A stretch of DNA of 64,000 bases from Octopus vulgaris (taxonomy: Eukaryota), in NCBI GenBank assembly GCA_951406725.2, contig OX597819.1, positions 133,734,001 to 133,798,000 on the forward strand. Reading direction: 5' to 3'. The position numbers and the translations under genes are program-made. Every line of letters starts with the position of its first letter. The stretch's first letter is position 1. Shown in pieces: positions 38,616-53,196 of the stretch. The notes beneath the pieces were generated by a model that had not been told where the DNA came from, made no database searches, and saw only the letters and a list, made by a program, of their open reading frames with translations.

Positions 38616-39930
38616 TAATCAGCCTTATTGATTCCTTTCTTTCTTTCTTTCTTTTTTTTTTTTTGTTTTTGCTTGCCAACAGTAAAGTGCGTTATTCTCA
38701 GACATTTAAGGCAGTAAAAAGGATATTAGTGTCTATTTCTTACGGTGCGTGGTGAGGCACAAAACCGACCCCTTGTTATAATTATCTATATAATTATAAA
38801 ATATTTTGTAAAATTTACCTATTAGGATTTTATTCCGCACTGGCTACCTGGTACAATTTATTGATTTTACCCTTTATTACTAGAGTAATATTTGAGTATA
38901 TATATATATATATATATACATACATACATATATACATACATACATACATAAGTGTGTGTATGTATGTGTGAGTGTCGTATTTAGCAACGAGTTTATGTAG
39001 TGCTTTTGTTTTGCTATGAAAGGAAAAGAAAAATGCTGTAATCATGATTTTACTTTAAATCGGGAAAGATTCACAGAAGTTCCGACACCCGGAATAAAAG
39101 TATAAATACCCTAAACGTAAGATTTAGAGTTCCCAATATATTCTAAAGTCGCTACCTTGTCTAATATGCATTAATACTTAAACGCATATACTATCCATAA
39201 TCATCTGCGCCATTTGTATTACCCAGGCAAATAGATGCAAACAATAGTAAATTTGTCACGTTATGTTGAGAAGAACGATTATTTTTAGATTGTGTTGCAT
39301 CTCTTGCTTTAGCGTTCGTCCATTTATGTTATGCACTTAATATTGACTAGAACATTCTTTTAGTGCGAAAGCTATTTATCTACTTATTCTAGAGGTGATC
39401 CGTACATCTTATGACTGTTTTAGAATTCCTCGATGGCAAGGAAGTAAATATAACAATTCTTTATATATCTTGGGCAAAGAGTAACGTTTGTCAGTCTCAC
39501 CATTATCGAAGTCTGTTGTTTTTGTAATGTAAAACCAATAATTTTTATTAAAATTATTTTACAGAATCATTACATTATTTCACTGTGGATTTGTGGGGGG
39601 ATTACTTTAAGTAATATTAAAACTTTCTCCATGGAATACTGAAGAAACTGCACTCTTCATGCATAAGTCGTGCCACATACATAGTTCAACAGCAGCTAAA
39701 TGGAAAATTAACTCTTATCAAAATCATACTCGTTCTTGTTGCCCATATTTGATGATTATAACCTCGTCCACTTACTACGATTATATCTGGTTTTCGTTCT
39801 TAAATTTCCGTCGAAAAATGAATTACAAAATGCATCGAGTCTTTCTTTGTATCGAATTTTTATTTATCTTATATTTACATTGCGTATATTACAAATATAT
39901 TAATTTAATTCCATAAATATTGAGCGTCTA

Positions 39931-40063
<133 letters not shown>

Positions 40064-40204
40064 TAATAGTAATGGTAAGACAGCAAAAGAATGAAAGAGA
40101 CCTCGACATTATGTAAATAGAAGAATTTATTTGTAATATATGAGGCAATTAAACCGAATAATTGTCACATATTATATTACATACATACCTACACACACAC
40201 ACAC

Positions 40205-40242
<38 letters not shown>

Positions 40243-41978
40243 TGCCTGATTTGAACTTTCTCCATTGCATTTATTATACTGTCGACCGTCTCAGGTTCAA
40301 CTTGAGCACTTCTATACGGTCCGTATCTTTCGTAAAAAAAGACAGTACTGTATACATCCATACATACACACACATACACACACACACACACATACACACA
40401 CATACACACACACATATATATATTGATAGATAGATAGATAGATAGATAGATAGAGAAATAGAGAGAGGTAAAAATATATAGATAGTGAGAAAGAGAGAGA
40501 AAGAGAAGGAGTATGGTTGTTGCCACACAAAGAAGTGCCTATATCTGTCCTCTTCTCTTCAGCCGTTCAGACTGGGGTTCCCCCCCCTAGTGACTGTTTT
40601 GGAGAATTTTATCATTGAGCCTATCTCCCGTTTTCATTTGGGTTTGAGACTAATCATTTCCCATTGATTGGTCGGAGAACCCGACCTGAAAACGAAGATA
40701 ATTTCAATCAATCAACAATTTTGTATGTTAGGTAACATTCATTTTTCGTGTTTGTTATTCAGAAAAATACCACGGACCATTCTGAGCTTGTCGGTTTGTT
40801 GTTTTCCTTTACCACTACCATCGTGACCTCCAGATCAAATCGACATTCTACGTGATTATACCTGATATGAATAACATAAACACGGTATTTCTAGATCGCT
40901 TATTACAGTTGAAGTCGGGGGTTAAGATGCGATAGTGATAGGCTTTAATTAAAACTCGATTCAATTTTCAGTTAACGAAGTCTCAACATCACAAACTTCC
41001 ACAAATTTGCGCTCGAAAGTAAGTTGTTGAACAACATTGCAAATACTTTTGAATATGTTATCATTTCTGTGGGCTTCCAGTAATTTGTTGTGGCAATATT
41101 TTTGTGGAAATTAAAGTCTATCGAATCATATGAAATATAAATTTCCAGAAATAAATGTTTTGTTCCATGTTGGATATGTGTATTTAAATATTGGAAGTGA
41201 TTTATTTTTTCAGAAATAAAAATAAAAGTCTCATATACAATCGGTCGTCATACTCAAAAACTTATGATTTGCTATGAAATTTTCATTAAATTATGTAAAC
41301 AGCTGAAATATTGCAAAACAATTTCAAGAAAAGTAACATCAATTGAATGCGCGTGATGTAACTGATTACAAGACAAAACAAAAAGATATGAAGGGAATGA
41401 AAAGGCATCAGATTAATAAAGCCACAAAAACTGTTAATAAAAAATGAATAAAAAATGAAGTAAATGGACAAAAAAAATAATACTTTAAATTAATCTGGAT
41501 ATTTTAAAGTTAGAACTCTTCAGTGATTCCATTGATGAAGATTACAGACACAGTCGATAAAAGGAAAGGATAAGAGCTCACAGTTGCTGATATTTAGATA
41601 TTTCTATATGTTACGCTCCACAAATTTAATAACGGACAAATTTTTAGAAGGTAATATTGACACAAAACCAAACGTTTCAGATTTTTATATCAACGCAAGT
41701 ATATTACTAAAAGATAATTTTTGTTCACCCTAGGAAGATGAGAGATTAAATATGCATGCGTGTATATGTGTATCTGTGTGTGCATTTATATATAACATAT
41801 GCATGCGTTTGTTTGTGTGTTAAACAACAGACTCTACAATCAAAATCTATTGTCTGTGACCATATAATGAAACTATTTGCTATTTTATAGCAGAGTCTGA
41901 CATTTTAACTTGCCACGAAATGATCTGATGTGTATGATCTTGCTGGTTATGTTACAGCACAATTATATTTATGAGCGA

Positions 41979-42056
<78 letters not shown>

Positions 42057-42113
42057 TGTGTGTGTGGTGTGCGTGTGTCTATGAATGTATATAAATATAT
42101 ATATATATATCGA

Positions 42114-43290
42114 CAGGGTCTCACAGAGAAACTGAGACAATTTATGATGCATAAAGCTGGTTATAAAAACTGAATAAATGGCAGCAGACAGATATAATTT
42201 TAATGTAGCATTTATTACAAGAAAAACATATATCACTGAATATGGTCGCCCCTTTGGGAAATTACTGCCACCACACGGGAACGAAACTTTTTCGCAGCTG
42301 TCGTAAACTCTGCCACTTTGATTTCGCGTGTCGCACGTAGGATGCAGGTCTTCAAACTGTTGACACTCGAATGTGGTGAAGAGCATTGGTCCTTGCTTGA
42401 AGTACGCCCCATTAAAAGTAATCGACAAGGTTGGGCTCTGGGCTGTTACTGGGCCAGATGTTGACCCTCACAAAAAGAGCACCTTCTCACCAACGAAGGC
42501 CTGTGTTGATTTTAAACCATGCCATGATGCACAGACCTAGATAAGCACCACATTGTCAAGCCCAATCTTCTTCTCCATCGGAGGTAAGAGAGAGTTCTTC
42601 GGGATATCCAGACACTTCTTTGTACCGATCTCCAAGCCAGACCCAATGTAGTGTGGATCTATGACACTTCTATCACTCGCCACAGTTCCAAATACCAACG
42701 TAGAGGCCGGATTCTTAGTTTCAAACACAGGGGGACATCAGAAGGGTTGTATGCAATCATTCGAGAATTTCTACAATTCACCTCAGCGTCCTCAGTGAAC
42801 TTCTCGTCCACAAGCTCGAGAGCTTTTCTGCACCTTGATGCTTGAGGAATGACAGAAGCTTTGAGCATCTCTCGGCTCTGATTGCTTTGTCCTTGGCTCT
42901 TATGAGGTGACGGCGTTGTCGAACATAGCTAGTCATGCCAAGGTTCCTGTTCACAACTTGGGGCACCGAGGAAAAGGACACATTGCGTTTCTTTGCAAGA
43001 GTTGTCATGGATGTTGATGGGTTGGTTTTAATCGAAGGTTTGAGGGCAGCGAGAAACTTTGGATTGTGCTTGAAATCACTTCGAATCTTGTGTTCTTTTC
43101 TATCAATCTTTCTCTCTTCTTTAAATTGTTTTATGTCGGAGTTATCCCAGTTACCTGAGTTACCTTCTCCTAGAAGGATGCCCTAACAAAGGCTAGGAGT
43201 CCTTCACTCCCAATGGTTTAACCGCGCGATCGGGTATTTATCCGCGCGATTTATTATTTCTGTCCCCGCGCATGATACAGCCTTAAGACA
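42114..43290 (-). mobile_element. DD37D (maT-like) transposon, degenerate (far boundary approximate)
   Basis: TKNPASTLVFG and WHGLKSTQAF..IWPSNSPEPNLVDY, with ~37 spacing across a frameshift. TIR-like CAGGGTCTCACAGAGAAACTG at 42114. Confidence 0.75.
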
Positions 43291-43294
43291 TTTA

Positions 43295-43488
43295 TTGGAT
43301 GGCCGTTGACTCTCAAGAGTTCCTCCGCCCTTTGACGGATTTTGTTTTTCATTCCGCAGGGTGTCCAATAAACACCCTCCTCACCAAGCAAGCTAGGTGG
43401 GGTTGCCGGTTTAGTCGCCGACGACCGGACCATGCAACAGGTTGTACTGGGTTACATGTTACCAGTAGCACTCGAAAATGACCTGACA
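43295..43488 (-). mobile_element. GC-richer repeat fragment, possibly an RTE-type 5' UTR
   Basis: Sharp compositional boundary and abuts (TATG)n. The resemblance to RTE 5' UTRs is from recall only. Confidence 0.3.
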
Positions 43489-43514
43489 TAAACATACATA
43501 CATACATACATACA

Positions 43515-43545
<31 letters not shown>

Positions 43546-44469
43546 GTTTGTGTGTACGTGTGTATTTATGTATGCACATAGATATGTATTCATGTATATA
43601 TATATATTTATGTGTATATATATATGTGTGTGTGTATGTGTGTTTGTGTTTGTGTGTGTGTGTGTGTGCGTGTGCGTGTGCATGTGTGTGTGTGTGTGTG
43701 TGTACGTACAATTTTGCGTTCCGAAATTAATAATACTCTATGAAGGAGGTAACAGAACGGCTGTAGTCCTCTGAACATCTTATAGAAAAATTAAATCCAA
43801 ATTCCTGATTGATTTGCTCCTTACGAAAACGAAATTTAAAATTTCGAATTTCCTAGGTTTTCAGTTCCATAGACATATTACGTTGCACCACACGGTCGTT
43901 ATATTACTGTGTAAACTGATGGCTGACCCTGAATGAGCAGCTTACTCAGATTAATGTTCCATTTTTTTAAATGTCATTTTTCTACCATTCTTTTATATAT
44001 TTATATGTGTATATAGTTGTCCTCATTTTGACTCTAAACTTCATCCGATATTGGGGCACTGTAACGGGAGTGCTTTGGTATTGAGAAGCTTGAAACCACC
44101 TCTTAGCCACTAATGTTCTCAGGTCTACTTTGATCTTGAGTAGCAGCTACAGATTAACTAGCATGTCAAAGAACAGGAGTGAAGAAACCCTAGTTCTCCT
44201 TAGAACTTACTTTTAGAAGGTAAACTCTTACAAAAACAACTGAAGTTCATTGGGTTACTGGTCGTCTCGACCCCCGTTCTGCCACTTGTTTTAAAGCTAG
44301 TTTAGTGCTGTGCAATAATTTACCTACTCAAAACAAATTCACGTACTGGAAGGTCTTTGAGTCTCGGAACCTTTCCATGGGCTAAGTTTGAGAAATGGTC
44401 TTACTTGGTCACGATTTTACTTCCACACGAACGCATATGTATATATACACACATCCTCGCGCAGGCACG

Positions 44470-44520
<51 letters not shown>

Positions 44521-46129
44521 ATATAGATTGTTGAACGAAACGGTGTTGTGGTGATATTTCTTCATGTACCTAATAATGTTTTGAGCATTTTGACATACAC
44601 TGACCTCATTTCAGGATGCGAACTCCAAACATTGAGCCAGATTTGTTTTCATCAATGTCTAAAACTACCTCGCCATCATTTCACAATGGTGAAGATGGGG
44701 AAATCAGTATATATGTGTAAAGACCCATCAATAATATATGCTTGTGTCTTGCTCTTTGTTTAAGAAAACGTTATACCATTAATATTTTGCAACACTCGGG
44801 ATAAATGGAAAACCTAAGTTTTCCATTCTTTACTTAAATTTTGTATAACGAAATACACGACTTCATATTTTACTATAAATTCTTCGGCGTTAAATGAGTA
44901 ATGCGCTACATTGTGAGTGTTCAGATTGGTTTGAGTACGGTAGAGCTCTTGGCATTTGTCATCCTTTACATAAGTAATAAATGTTTTTAGAGGCGTTTGG
45001 AAATTACAGTAATTGCTTTCAGTATTGGCAGTTTATATATTAATCTTTATATTCATAGGAATCAACTTTTTAAGAATCTCAATATTATTGAAGAACTTGA
45101 CCGACAACACAAGCTAAAATATATTATATATTGAGATACATCCTTGTCTATATTGGAAATACTTCATATTTCTGTGAGTTGAAAATTAATATAGCATTTC
45201 ATAGAATGGAGTCTGCGTTGGCGTAGGTGTAGGATACCATGTTGATTGAAGGTTTGTCACGAACAAGAAAATTTACCTTTCAAAATCATAGATTTTAGAA
45301 CAAACGAAAAAATAATCAGAGTTCTCAAATGAATGTAATAACGTTTACTAAATTAAAAAAAATATGTGTTTGGTGATTTCTAGAAATGATGGAATTGTAT
45401 CTTAGTCGTGCAGATAGACGGAAGAACTCAAGTGAAGATGGTTTTCATATTTATTTTCAAATCCATTTCATGTTCTGATGAACTACGGGAACTTGATGGC
45501 AATATCGCTACAACGTCTCCAGATGTTATTGCTCCATACATTCAATCTAAAATATTGACAGTAATTCATATTTTTATCGCACATATGAAAGATAAATCTG
45601 CTTGTCTTATACTTTTTTATAAATATTATCAAATTCCAGACAAATGTATTTTAAATGTAATCAACCCTGACACCCAAGACGACAATATTTTCAAAAAACA
45701 AAATGTCGAATTTTCTCTTTTGACTTCTCAGTAAATTACTTCACTCACTTGAAAAACATATTTACTGAAAAAGAATGAATTATTAATCTAACTTCCAAAT
45801 GTGAGAAATATATAGGAACTGTTTCTAAATAAGTCCATACAGGCAAACTGAGCCCATGTTTCCAAAGGTGAATTATCTAAACTCCAAAGAATTCCTCGCT
45901 ACACATGACTCAACTACTTCTGCGCGTGATCAGAGATGCACATATTGTCAGCCACTGTCAGCTGGTTAAGGTCAAACAACTGACAAGGAAATCTGTGGTA
46001 TTGAGCAGAAATTTGCTATCGCCCATCTTTTATACCAAGACAAAACATATACATGATAACAGTTCCAATAAGCTAAGTTCAGAAGCCACGAGATCCACTG
46101 CCTGTTACTGCATCATTATTATTTATGGT

Positions 46130-46665
46130 TTCCTTTCATTATAACTTTATTCCAGCTGCCTTAGTACCGGGCATCCTCCGGAGGCCAAGAGTAGCAAGGA
46201 CACTTTTGTTTTGTTATGCATGCTAAAATTATCGCCACATTTATTCCAATTTAGATGGAGGGTGTATTCCGTAGTATATGGGGTATACCTATCAAGGTTA
46301 TCTTTGTAGTTCACGGAGGTTGGAGTTACCAGGGAGTTGCTTAAAATACTTTTCAGCTCCCTTCTTTATCATTCCCAAAGCACCAATTACTACTGGTATT
46401 AAAGAGTACTAAGCTTCCACATTTTTGTGATTTCAGTTTGCAGATATTTATGGTGAGAAAACTTTTCGCATTCCTTTCTTGAGACATCTGGATCTTGTTG
46501 CACAAACATATCAATTAACAGACAAGTTCCTCTGTTGTAGTCCTTGATCACAATGTCTGGTTGATTGGAATCAATTTTTCTGTCTGTTTGTTTTGGGAAG
46601 TTCCAAAGGATGGTGACGCCCTCGCCCATTACTACATCCTCTGGATGGCGCCTGTACCACTTATC
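46130..46665 (-). mobile_element. R4/Dong LINE family B, endonuclease and 3' end, degenerate
   Basis: EGVTILWNFPKQTDRKIDSNQPDIVIKDYNRGTCLLIDM..KY. Starts near a short (ATT) tract. Confidence 0.85.
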
Positions 46666-46671
46666 ACGCGT

Positions 46672-47414
46672 CTACTATGATAGGAATTGTTTCTGTTTTT
46701 AGATTCCACATTCGAGTTACCTGTATTTCCAGGTCTTTGTATTTTGATAGGTTCTCCATTTCTTTTAGAGAAACGTTGTCTGGTATTCATACATCGATTA
46801 GAAAGCATTTTTTCTTGATGATCTCTGACAACAATATCTGGTCTGTTGGCCTTAATTTCTCTATCTGTGGGTATTGGCATATCCCATCGTTGGTTGCCTT
46901 CTCATTTTCTGTGACCTTTTCTGGCGTGTTGTGCCTACACCATCTTTTTTCTGTTGTTATTCCATAATGTTGGCATAGCTTCCAGTGTATGTAGGTCCCA
47001 ACTCTGTCGTGTCTGTAAATGTATTCCTTCTTAACCAGGACTGGGCATCCAGAGACAATATTGTTTATTGTTTCTTATCCATCTGCAGTTACTTGTTACA
47101 TTTCTTTTCATATGTTTTTGGTAATTCCTGGTGGACAGGCTTTGGTCTTGTGCTGCAATTAAAAATCCTTCAGTCTCTGCTTTGAGTCCTGAGCTTCTCA
47201 ACCATTATTGGGATTTTGCTTTGTCTAGTTCCTTTCCGTATAGCTTAATCCAATATATGCAAAGTAGGGGCTTTTCTCGTCATCGCTTTATCACGATCCT
47301 TTGCTGTTACAGTTTTAGTTTGGATTTCAGTTGTTTTATAGCTTTTGTTGTTTCTTCTTTTTCTTCATAGTTGTTAGGTATTATGATTTCCTTTTATATT
47401 TCTCAGCTTCCTTA
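46672..47414 (-). mobile_element. R4/Dong LINE family A-like internal fragment, older copy
   Basis: Colinear with 35031-35800 with many indels. TDREIKANRPDIVVRDH. Confidence 0.88.
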
Positions 47415-47436
47415 TTGTTATTATTATTATTATTAT

Positions 47437-50220
47437 TCCATGTTTGACTTTTGCTTTACATTTGCACAAGCTGGCTCTAAGTCTCACCCAGGGGTTGGAA
47501 GATCGTGTTGATGTTATGCCTAGGGTGCCATATATTTGGTTTTGTATTTAGTGTTGTACTAGTGAATGCCTAAAAAACCATACGAAAATTATATTTGTCT
47601 TAAAACTTGAGATTACATAGAAAGTATTTTGCGTAGGATATGAGCAGTTCCCATGAACACTATCTTTTAAATTTCTGCCATTTTTGTTAGGTAGCAATCA
47701 GCCCCTTGTTAGGTAGCAATCAGCCCCTTTTGCTATCATCCTCAGGGCACCTATGACAACACGTACTGTTTTAGTCTTCAGGTTCCACATTTTGTTGATT
47801 TCTCTTTCCAGATCTTTATATTTGCTCAGTTTCTGGTAGGTCTTGACAGATACGTTTATATCGACTGGGACAGTCATATCAATGAGGAGGCATGTTCTTT
47901 GTCTGAAGTCTTTCAATATGATGTCTGGCCTATTCGCGTCTATCTTTCTGTCAGTTTGAATGATAAAGTTCCAGAGGAGTGAGATGTGGTCATTTTCAAG
48001 CACTGGAGGTGGTTTGTGTTCCCACCAGTTTTTATCATGGGGCAAGTCCAGGCCTTTGAAAATTACCCAGTGCATACATTGTGCAGCTCTATTATGCCTG
48101 TTGAGATACTCTGTAGGCGCAAGAAGACTGCACCTGGAGACAACATAATCAATGGTTTCATTTTGTTGTCGGCATACACGACATGTTGGGCTACTGCCGT
48201 TCTTTAATATGTTGGCCTGGTAGTTCCTTGTAGGTAGGCATGGATCTTGAGCTCCTATGATAAACCCTTCTGTTTCAGATTTTAAGCCAGAGGCCATTAG
48301 CCATTGATGGGTCAGGGCTTTGTCAACATCGGCATTATTCGCTGTCTTTGGGTATTTGCCATTGAGAGATTTTTCTTGCCATATATCATTCAGAATATCT
48401 AAGGCCGCAGATTTAGCACGGGTTTTCATGCGCTTAGCTTTTTCTGTGCTTGTTTCTGGTATGTCTAATTCCGCAATTTGTTGTATTCAGAATTCACTTA
48501 GATATTCCTTTGCCTATTTTGTTACTGAGTATGATGCTTTCTTGTTTTCATGTTTTGAGACAAATTTTAACATCCAGTCATCAGACTTTTTCAGGTAGGT
48601 GTCTAGGCCAATTGTAGCAATCTTCATTGTTATTGCCAGTTGTAAAAGTCCACGACCTCCCTCTTTTCTTGGCAGATAAAGTCGTTCTGTATCTTCCTTA
48701 GGGCGGTGCATTCTATGCATTGTCAACAGTTTTCTTATTTTTCTGTCGAGCTGACATATTCCAATCATTGACCAGTTAACGATATTGAAACTGTAAGTCA
48801 CGACTGGTATGGCTAATGCATTGATCGCTTCAATCCTGTTTCTCGCATTCAGCTCTGTCTTGAGTATTGCTCTTACTCTGCGATAACATTCTCTCCTGAT
48901 CCTTTCCTTCACCACTGAATGCCTTATTCCGTCCCCTTCAATTACCCCTAGGTACTTGTAGCTCTCCGCTGGGTCTAACTCTTTTATGATATTCTGCTGG
49001 TCGAAGTAAACGTTAGATGTTTCTATCATTTTTCCTTTGATAAAGGTAGCTTTTGCACATTTATCGAAGCCAAATTGCATTCTGATGTCATCACTGAATT
49101 GTTTAACAATCGTTAGTAAACCCTTGAGTTGTTGGTCATTTTTTGAAAAAAGCTTTAAATCATCCATGTAAATGAGATGATTTATATTTTTATCAAACAT
49201 TTTATATCCGTACTGTGCGTCATTGAGCAATTTTGAGAGAGGTATTAAGGCTAAACAAAAGAGGAGTGGTGATAGTGAGTCACCCTGGAAAATGCTACAT
49301 GAAATTTTTACATCAGCATTTAGAGATTCATCGTCACTGTTCTAAGTTAGTGTGGTTCTCCATGATCTCATACTGACAGACAAAAAGTTTCGCAGAGTAG
49401 GCACTATTTTATACATTTCCAGGCATTTCTTAATCCAGCTATGTGGTAGGCTATCAAAAGCCTTTTTATACTCTATCTAGGCTATTGATAAGTTTTTGTA
49501 TCGTTTGTGACAATCTTCTAAGATCATCCTATTGATGAGTAGCTGATCTTTACAACCATAGGATCCGCGTTTACATCCTTTCTGTTCATTAGGGAATATG
49601 CTGCTGTCTATTAAAAAATTATAGGTATGTTCAGTCAGGACAGATGTTAGCGTTTTATACATAGTTGTTAAGCAGGTTATGGGTCTATAGTTTTTTGGTT
49701 CATTTGTTTCTTCACTTATTGGAAGCAGGAATGTTAAACCATTAACTAGCTGAGAAGGCATCCTACTATGGTGTTGCAAAACATCATTGTAAAGTTCTGT
49801 TAGCAGTTCATGGCTCTCTGGGAAGGCATTCAACCAAAAGTTAGGGATTTTATCCTTTCCTGGGGACTTCCATTTGCTTGACCTCCTGAGGGCAGATCTT
49901 AATCTTCTACCTTGACACCCTTCTACTTTTCCTCCTCTAAGGAGTACAAGTCCATAGCTATTCTATCAATCCAAGGGGCCTTTTCGTTGTGTGTTTTTTC
50001 TTCTGCCCAAATTTTATTCCAAAAACCCTGAACTTCTTCTTTTGATGGTACAGACTTTACAGTAACTGGTGTTTTCCCTATCTTCCTGTAAAAATTTTTG
50101 GGGTTATTTTTTAACATGTTGTCCTTGAAGAATCTAACACGCTTTTCATACCTCGCTATGCGGGCAGCTTTAGCATATACCTTTTGGTTGATGGTTTCTA
50201 GGGTGGCATCAATATCAAGT
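47437..50220 (-). mobile_element. R4/Dong LINE family C, ~2.8 kb, 5'-truncated pseudogene
   Basis: ORF pieces: NYRPITCLTTMYK..EQKGC, YMDDLKLF..YKYLG..GGRGL, CRVC..RHN..RPDII..LIDMTVP..KLSKY. (ATT)n on both sides. Confidence 0.93.
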
Positions 50221-50224
50221 ATAG

Positions 50225-50248
50225 TTATTGTTGTTGTTGTTGTTATTA

Positions 50249-50322
<74 letters not shown>

Positions 50323-50385
50323 TTATTATTATTATTATTATTATTAATTATTATTATTATTATTTTATTATTATTATTATTATTA

Positions 50386-50455
<70 letters not shown>

Positions 50456-50480
50456 GCATTGTTGTTGTTGTTGTTATTAT
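50225..50480. repeat. (ATT)n/(GTT)n microsatellite
   Basis: Seen directly in the sequence. Confidence 0.97.
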
Positions 50481-50489
50481 TTATTGTCT

Positions 50490-51310
50490 TTGCACAGCTT
50501 CTATCGTTGGTTATGTACTACGGTGCCAGATTTTCACTACCAGTGAACTAAGGTAACAGCCCTTATTTTTCGAGCATCATCCGGAGTGTTCGAGCAATTC
50601 CAAGCATTGCTGTTTTCTGCAAGTGCTCCACCCGTATTGTAGCCCCTATTTGTCCCATGTACTTCTCAAGATTTTTACTTACTGTCCCCAAACCTCTGAC
50701 AGTTATTGGTACTACTACCAACTTTTTAATCGACCACAACTGTTTAACCTCCCAAGCTAACCTGTTATATCTATTGACTGTTTTTTTCTTCCTTATTGCA
50801 TACTTTGTTGTCAGCTGGACATGCTATATCTATGATCCAGCATAGTTTGCTTTCTTTCTCAATTAAGACTATGCCTGGCGTCCTATTCTCTACCTGATGG
50901 TCGCAATGAATCATAAAATCACACAATCTTTGCATTATCATTTTCGATGATGCCTTCGGGTTTATGTTCGTCTCACTTTTTTGCTCAGTCAAATCGACAC
51001 TTGTTGCAAAGTGTGCAACGGATAATTCTTGCTACATGGTGATGACGTCTCTTATATTGTTTCTGGGCTAGTGGCGCACATTGATTGGTGATGTCACATA
51101 CGGTTTCACCATTTTCACCAAAGACGGCTCATCTGGAAATGTTTCTTGGACCCCCGCCACAAGTCTAAACTCAAGAGCTGAAATTTTTGGATCATGTCCA
51201 AATGTGACAAAATACGTGTTACGGTTTGGGACCCCCCAGAATCACGGCTAGTATCCATATTTTTACTATGTTCCTGCACAAGCCTCCCATATGCCTTAAC
51301 TTCGATTATT
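50490..51310 (-). mobile_element. R4/Dong LINE family D, degenerate endonuclease region
   Basis: DFMIHCDHQVENRTPGIVLIEKESKLCWIIDIACPAD..KEEK, with upstream RRHH.VARII. Confidence 0.75.
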
Positions 51311-51451
51311 TTTATATATATATATATTTCATTTTTCATTTTTAATTCTATGAATGTGTACGTGTGTGAATATATGTCTGTATATTTTTTATATGTATAT
51401 GTGTATGCGTGTGTATATATATGTATATGCGTGTATGCAGGAGTGTCTATA

Positions 51452-51522
<71 letters not shown>

Positions 51523-51954
51523 GTATATTTATATATATAAATGCCTAAATATATGTTTTATGTCACGTGTATGCATCTAAACACCTATGTGTATATGAGG
51601 ATGATGTTGCGTACACATATACATATATATATGTGTGTGTGTGTGTGTGTAGCTATGAGTACGTACACGCACATATATCTTGGTATGTGTGTATGTGCAT
51701 GTACGTATACCTGTTTGTGTGAATTTTTAAGTATATAGACGTTGTGAACGCAGAAGATTTATGTCTATATATATTGAGAATATGGTTGCGTGTATTTTTA
51801 TCTCTTTTCTTTTTTTGTTATTTTTTCTATAAAGAGTAACTTCCGTTTTATTCAACGGCTTTTCATATTGCTATTAATGGCCCGATGAGAACACATCGTA
51901 CCTCTTCGTTCCGACATTCAAAACTCCGAGTACTATAATGACAACCTTTTACTG

Positions 51955-52800
51955 TTTGCTTGCAATTAGCCCTTGAACAAATATTAGACATTTGCACATG
52001 TCCAGGGTTAATTCATTTAATTTGAAATTTTAACAACTCCGACATAGGAAACGAAATCGTCATCATCTTTTTTGGCCGAATTTAAATACTGTCAGCGAGG
52101 ACTGAACAAGGAACTTCTTCACTGAAAATTTTCGATAAAAACTTGTTTCATGAAACAAATTTTACTTCGTTTCTTCGGCAGAATATAGTTACTATATTTT
52201 TCGTGTTCGACATGGGATAACTTTCTTAAAAGTAGTCCTGCCTTTTTCTCGTCAGACCAATTTTTTAATTCTTCTTTGAAGATATCTTCGTATCTTCGAA
52301 AATATGCAGAGAAGGTAATCCTTTCTTTTGGATTATACCTCAGCCCTTCAATTGAGTTTGCTACGCTGTCAGGCGAGTAGAACCTGAAGTATTTTCAGAT
52401 TCTTTTTAACATTAACTCCGCCAACTTTTGGTCTTATTTTCGTTGCTGTTGCAGCAGATGTTGTTGTTGAAATTGCATTACGGAGGCCAATAGGTCTTCC
52501 ATGTTAAAACGATTTTCTCTTTGGTTTCGTATTAAAAAAAATAACACATTCTAAATGTCCAACGCAAGGTTCCTACAAATTGTCACCACTTTTATATTCT
52601 GATAGTGGATAAATAATTTAACAAAGTAGGAGTAAGAAGCATATATACGACTCATTGCTATTACGGTTACACGAGGTTAAACGCTCTCTACCAACGACTC
52701 ACAATGAACTGCTTTCCCCAATTGCTCACAGTTCTTTATGTTATAGCTATGTGTCAGTCCACTTTTAGTCACTTGGAGATGGTTGGAATCTTTCTACAGC
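51955..52800 (-). mobile_element. Ty3/Gypsy (Mag/K02A2.6-like) 5' remnant: putative LTR, PBS and gag pseudogene
   Basis: From ATG at 52502: YNPKERITFSAYFRRYEDIF..WSDEKKAGLLLRKL..EHEKYSNYILPK..KCLIFVQGL. PBS-like TGGTGACA at 52588-52581 and putative LTR at ~52595-52800. Confidence 0.8.
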
Positions 52801-52822
52801 ACACACACACGCACACGTACTC

Positions 52823-52890
<68 letters not shown>

Positions 52891-53164
52891 CACATTTAGA
52901 AGAGCAGCGTTTTGCCAGTGTGCCTTCATATTTGAGGTTGGTCCCGATATTGGAGTCAAAGGTCATACAAGAAAAATGTGTGCACTTATGTATATATTGT
53001 TTTAATACATGTCATTTATATTGTTAAATCTCCTAAATTTGCATTTTTTTGTTCATATATATTTATTTACGGTTAGATGGGGCTCTTTAGCCATGGTGAG
53101 GGCAACTCACCTAGGAAAAGGAAAAGTGATATAAAACCAGGTTTGTGGTTTCTGGTAGTTTGTT

Positions 53165-53196
<32 letters not shown>

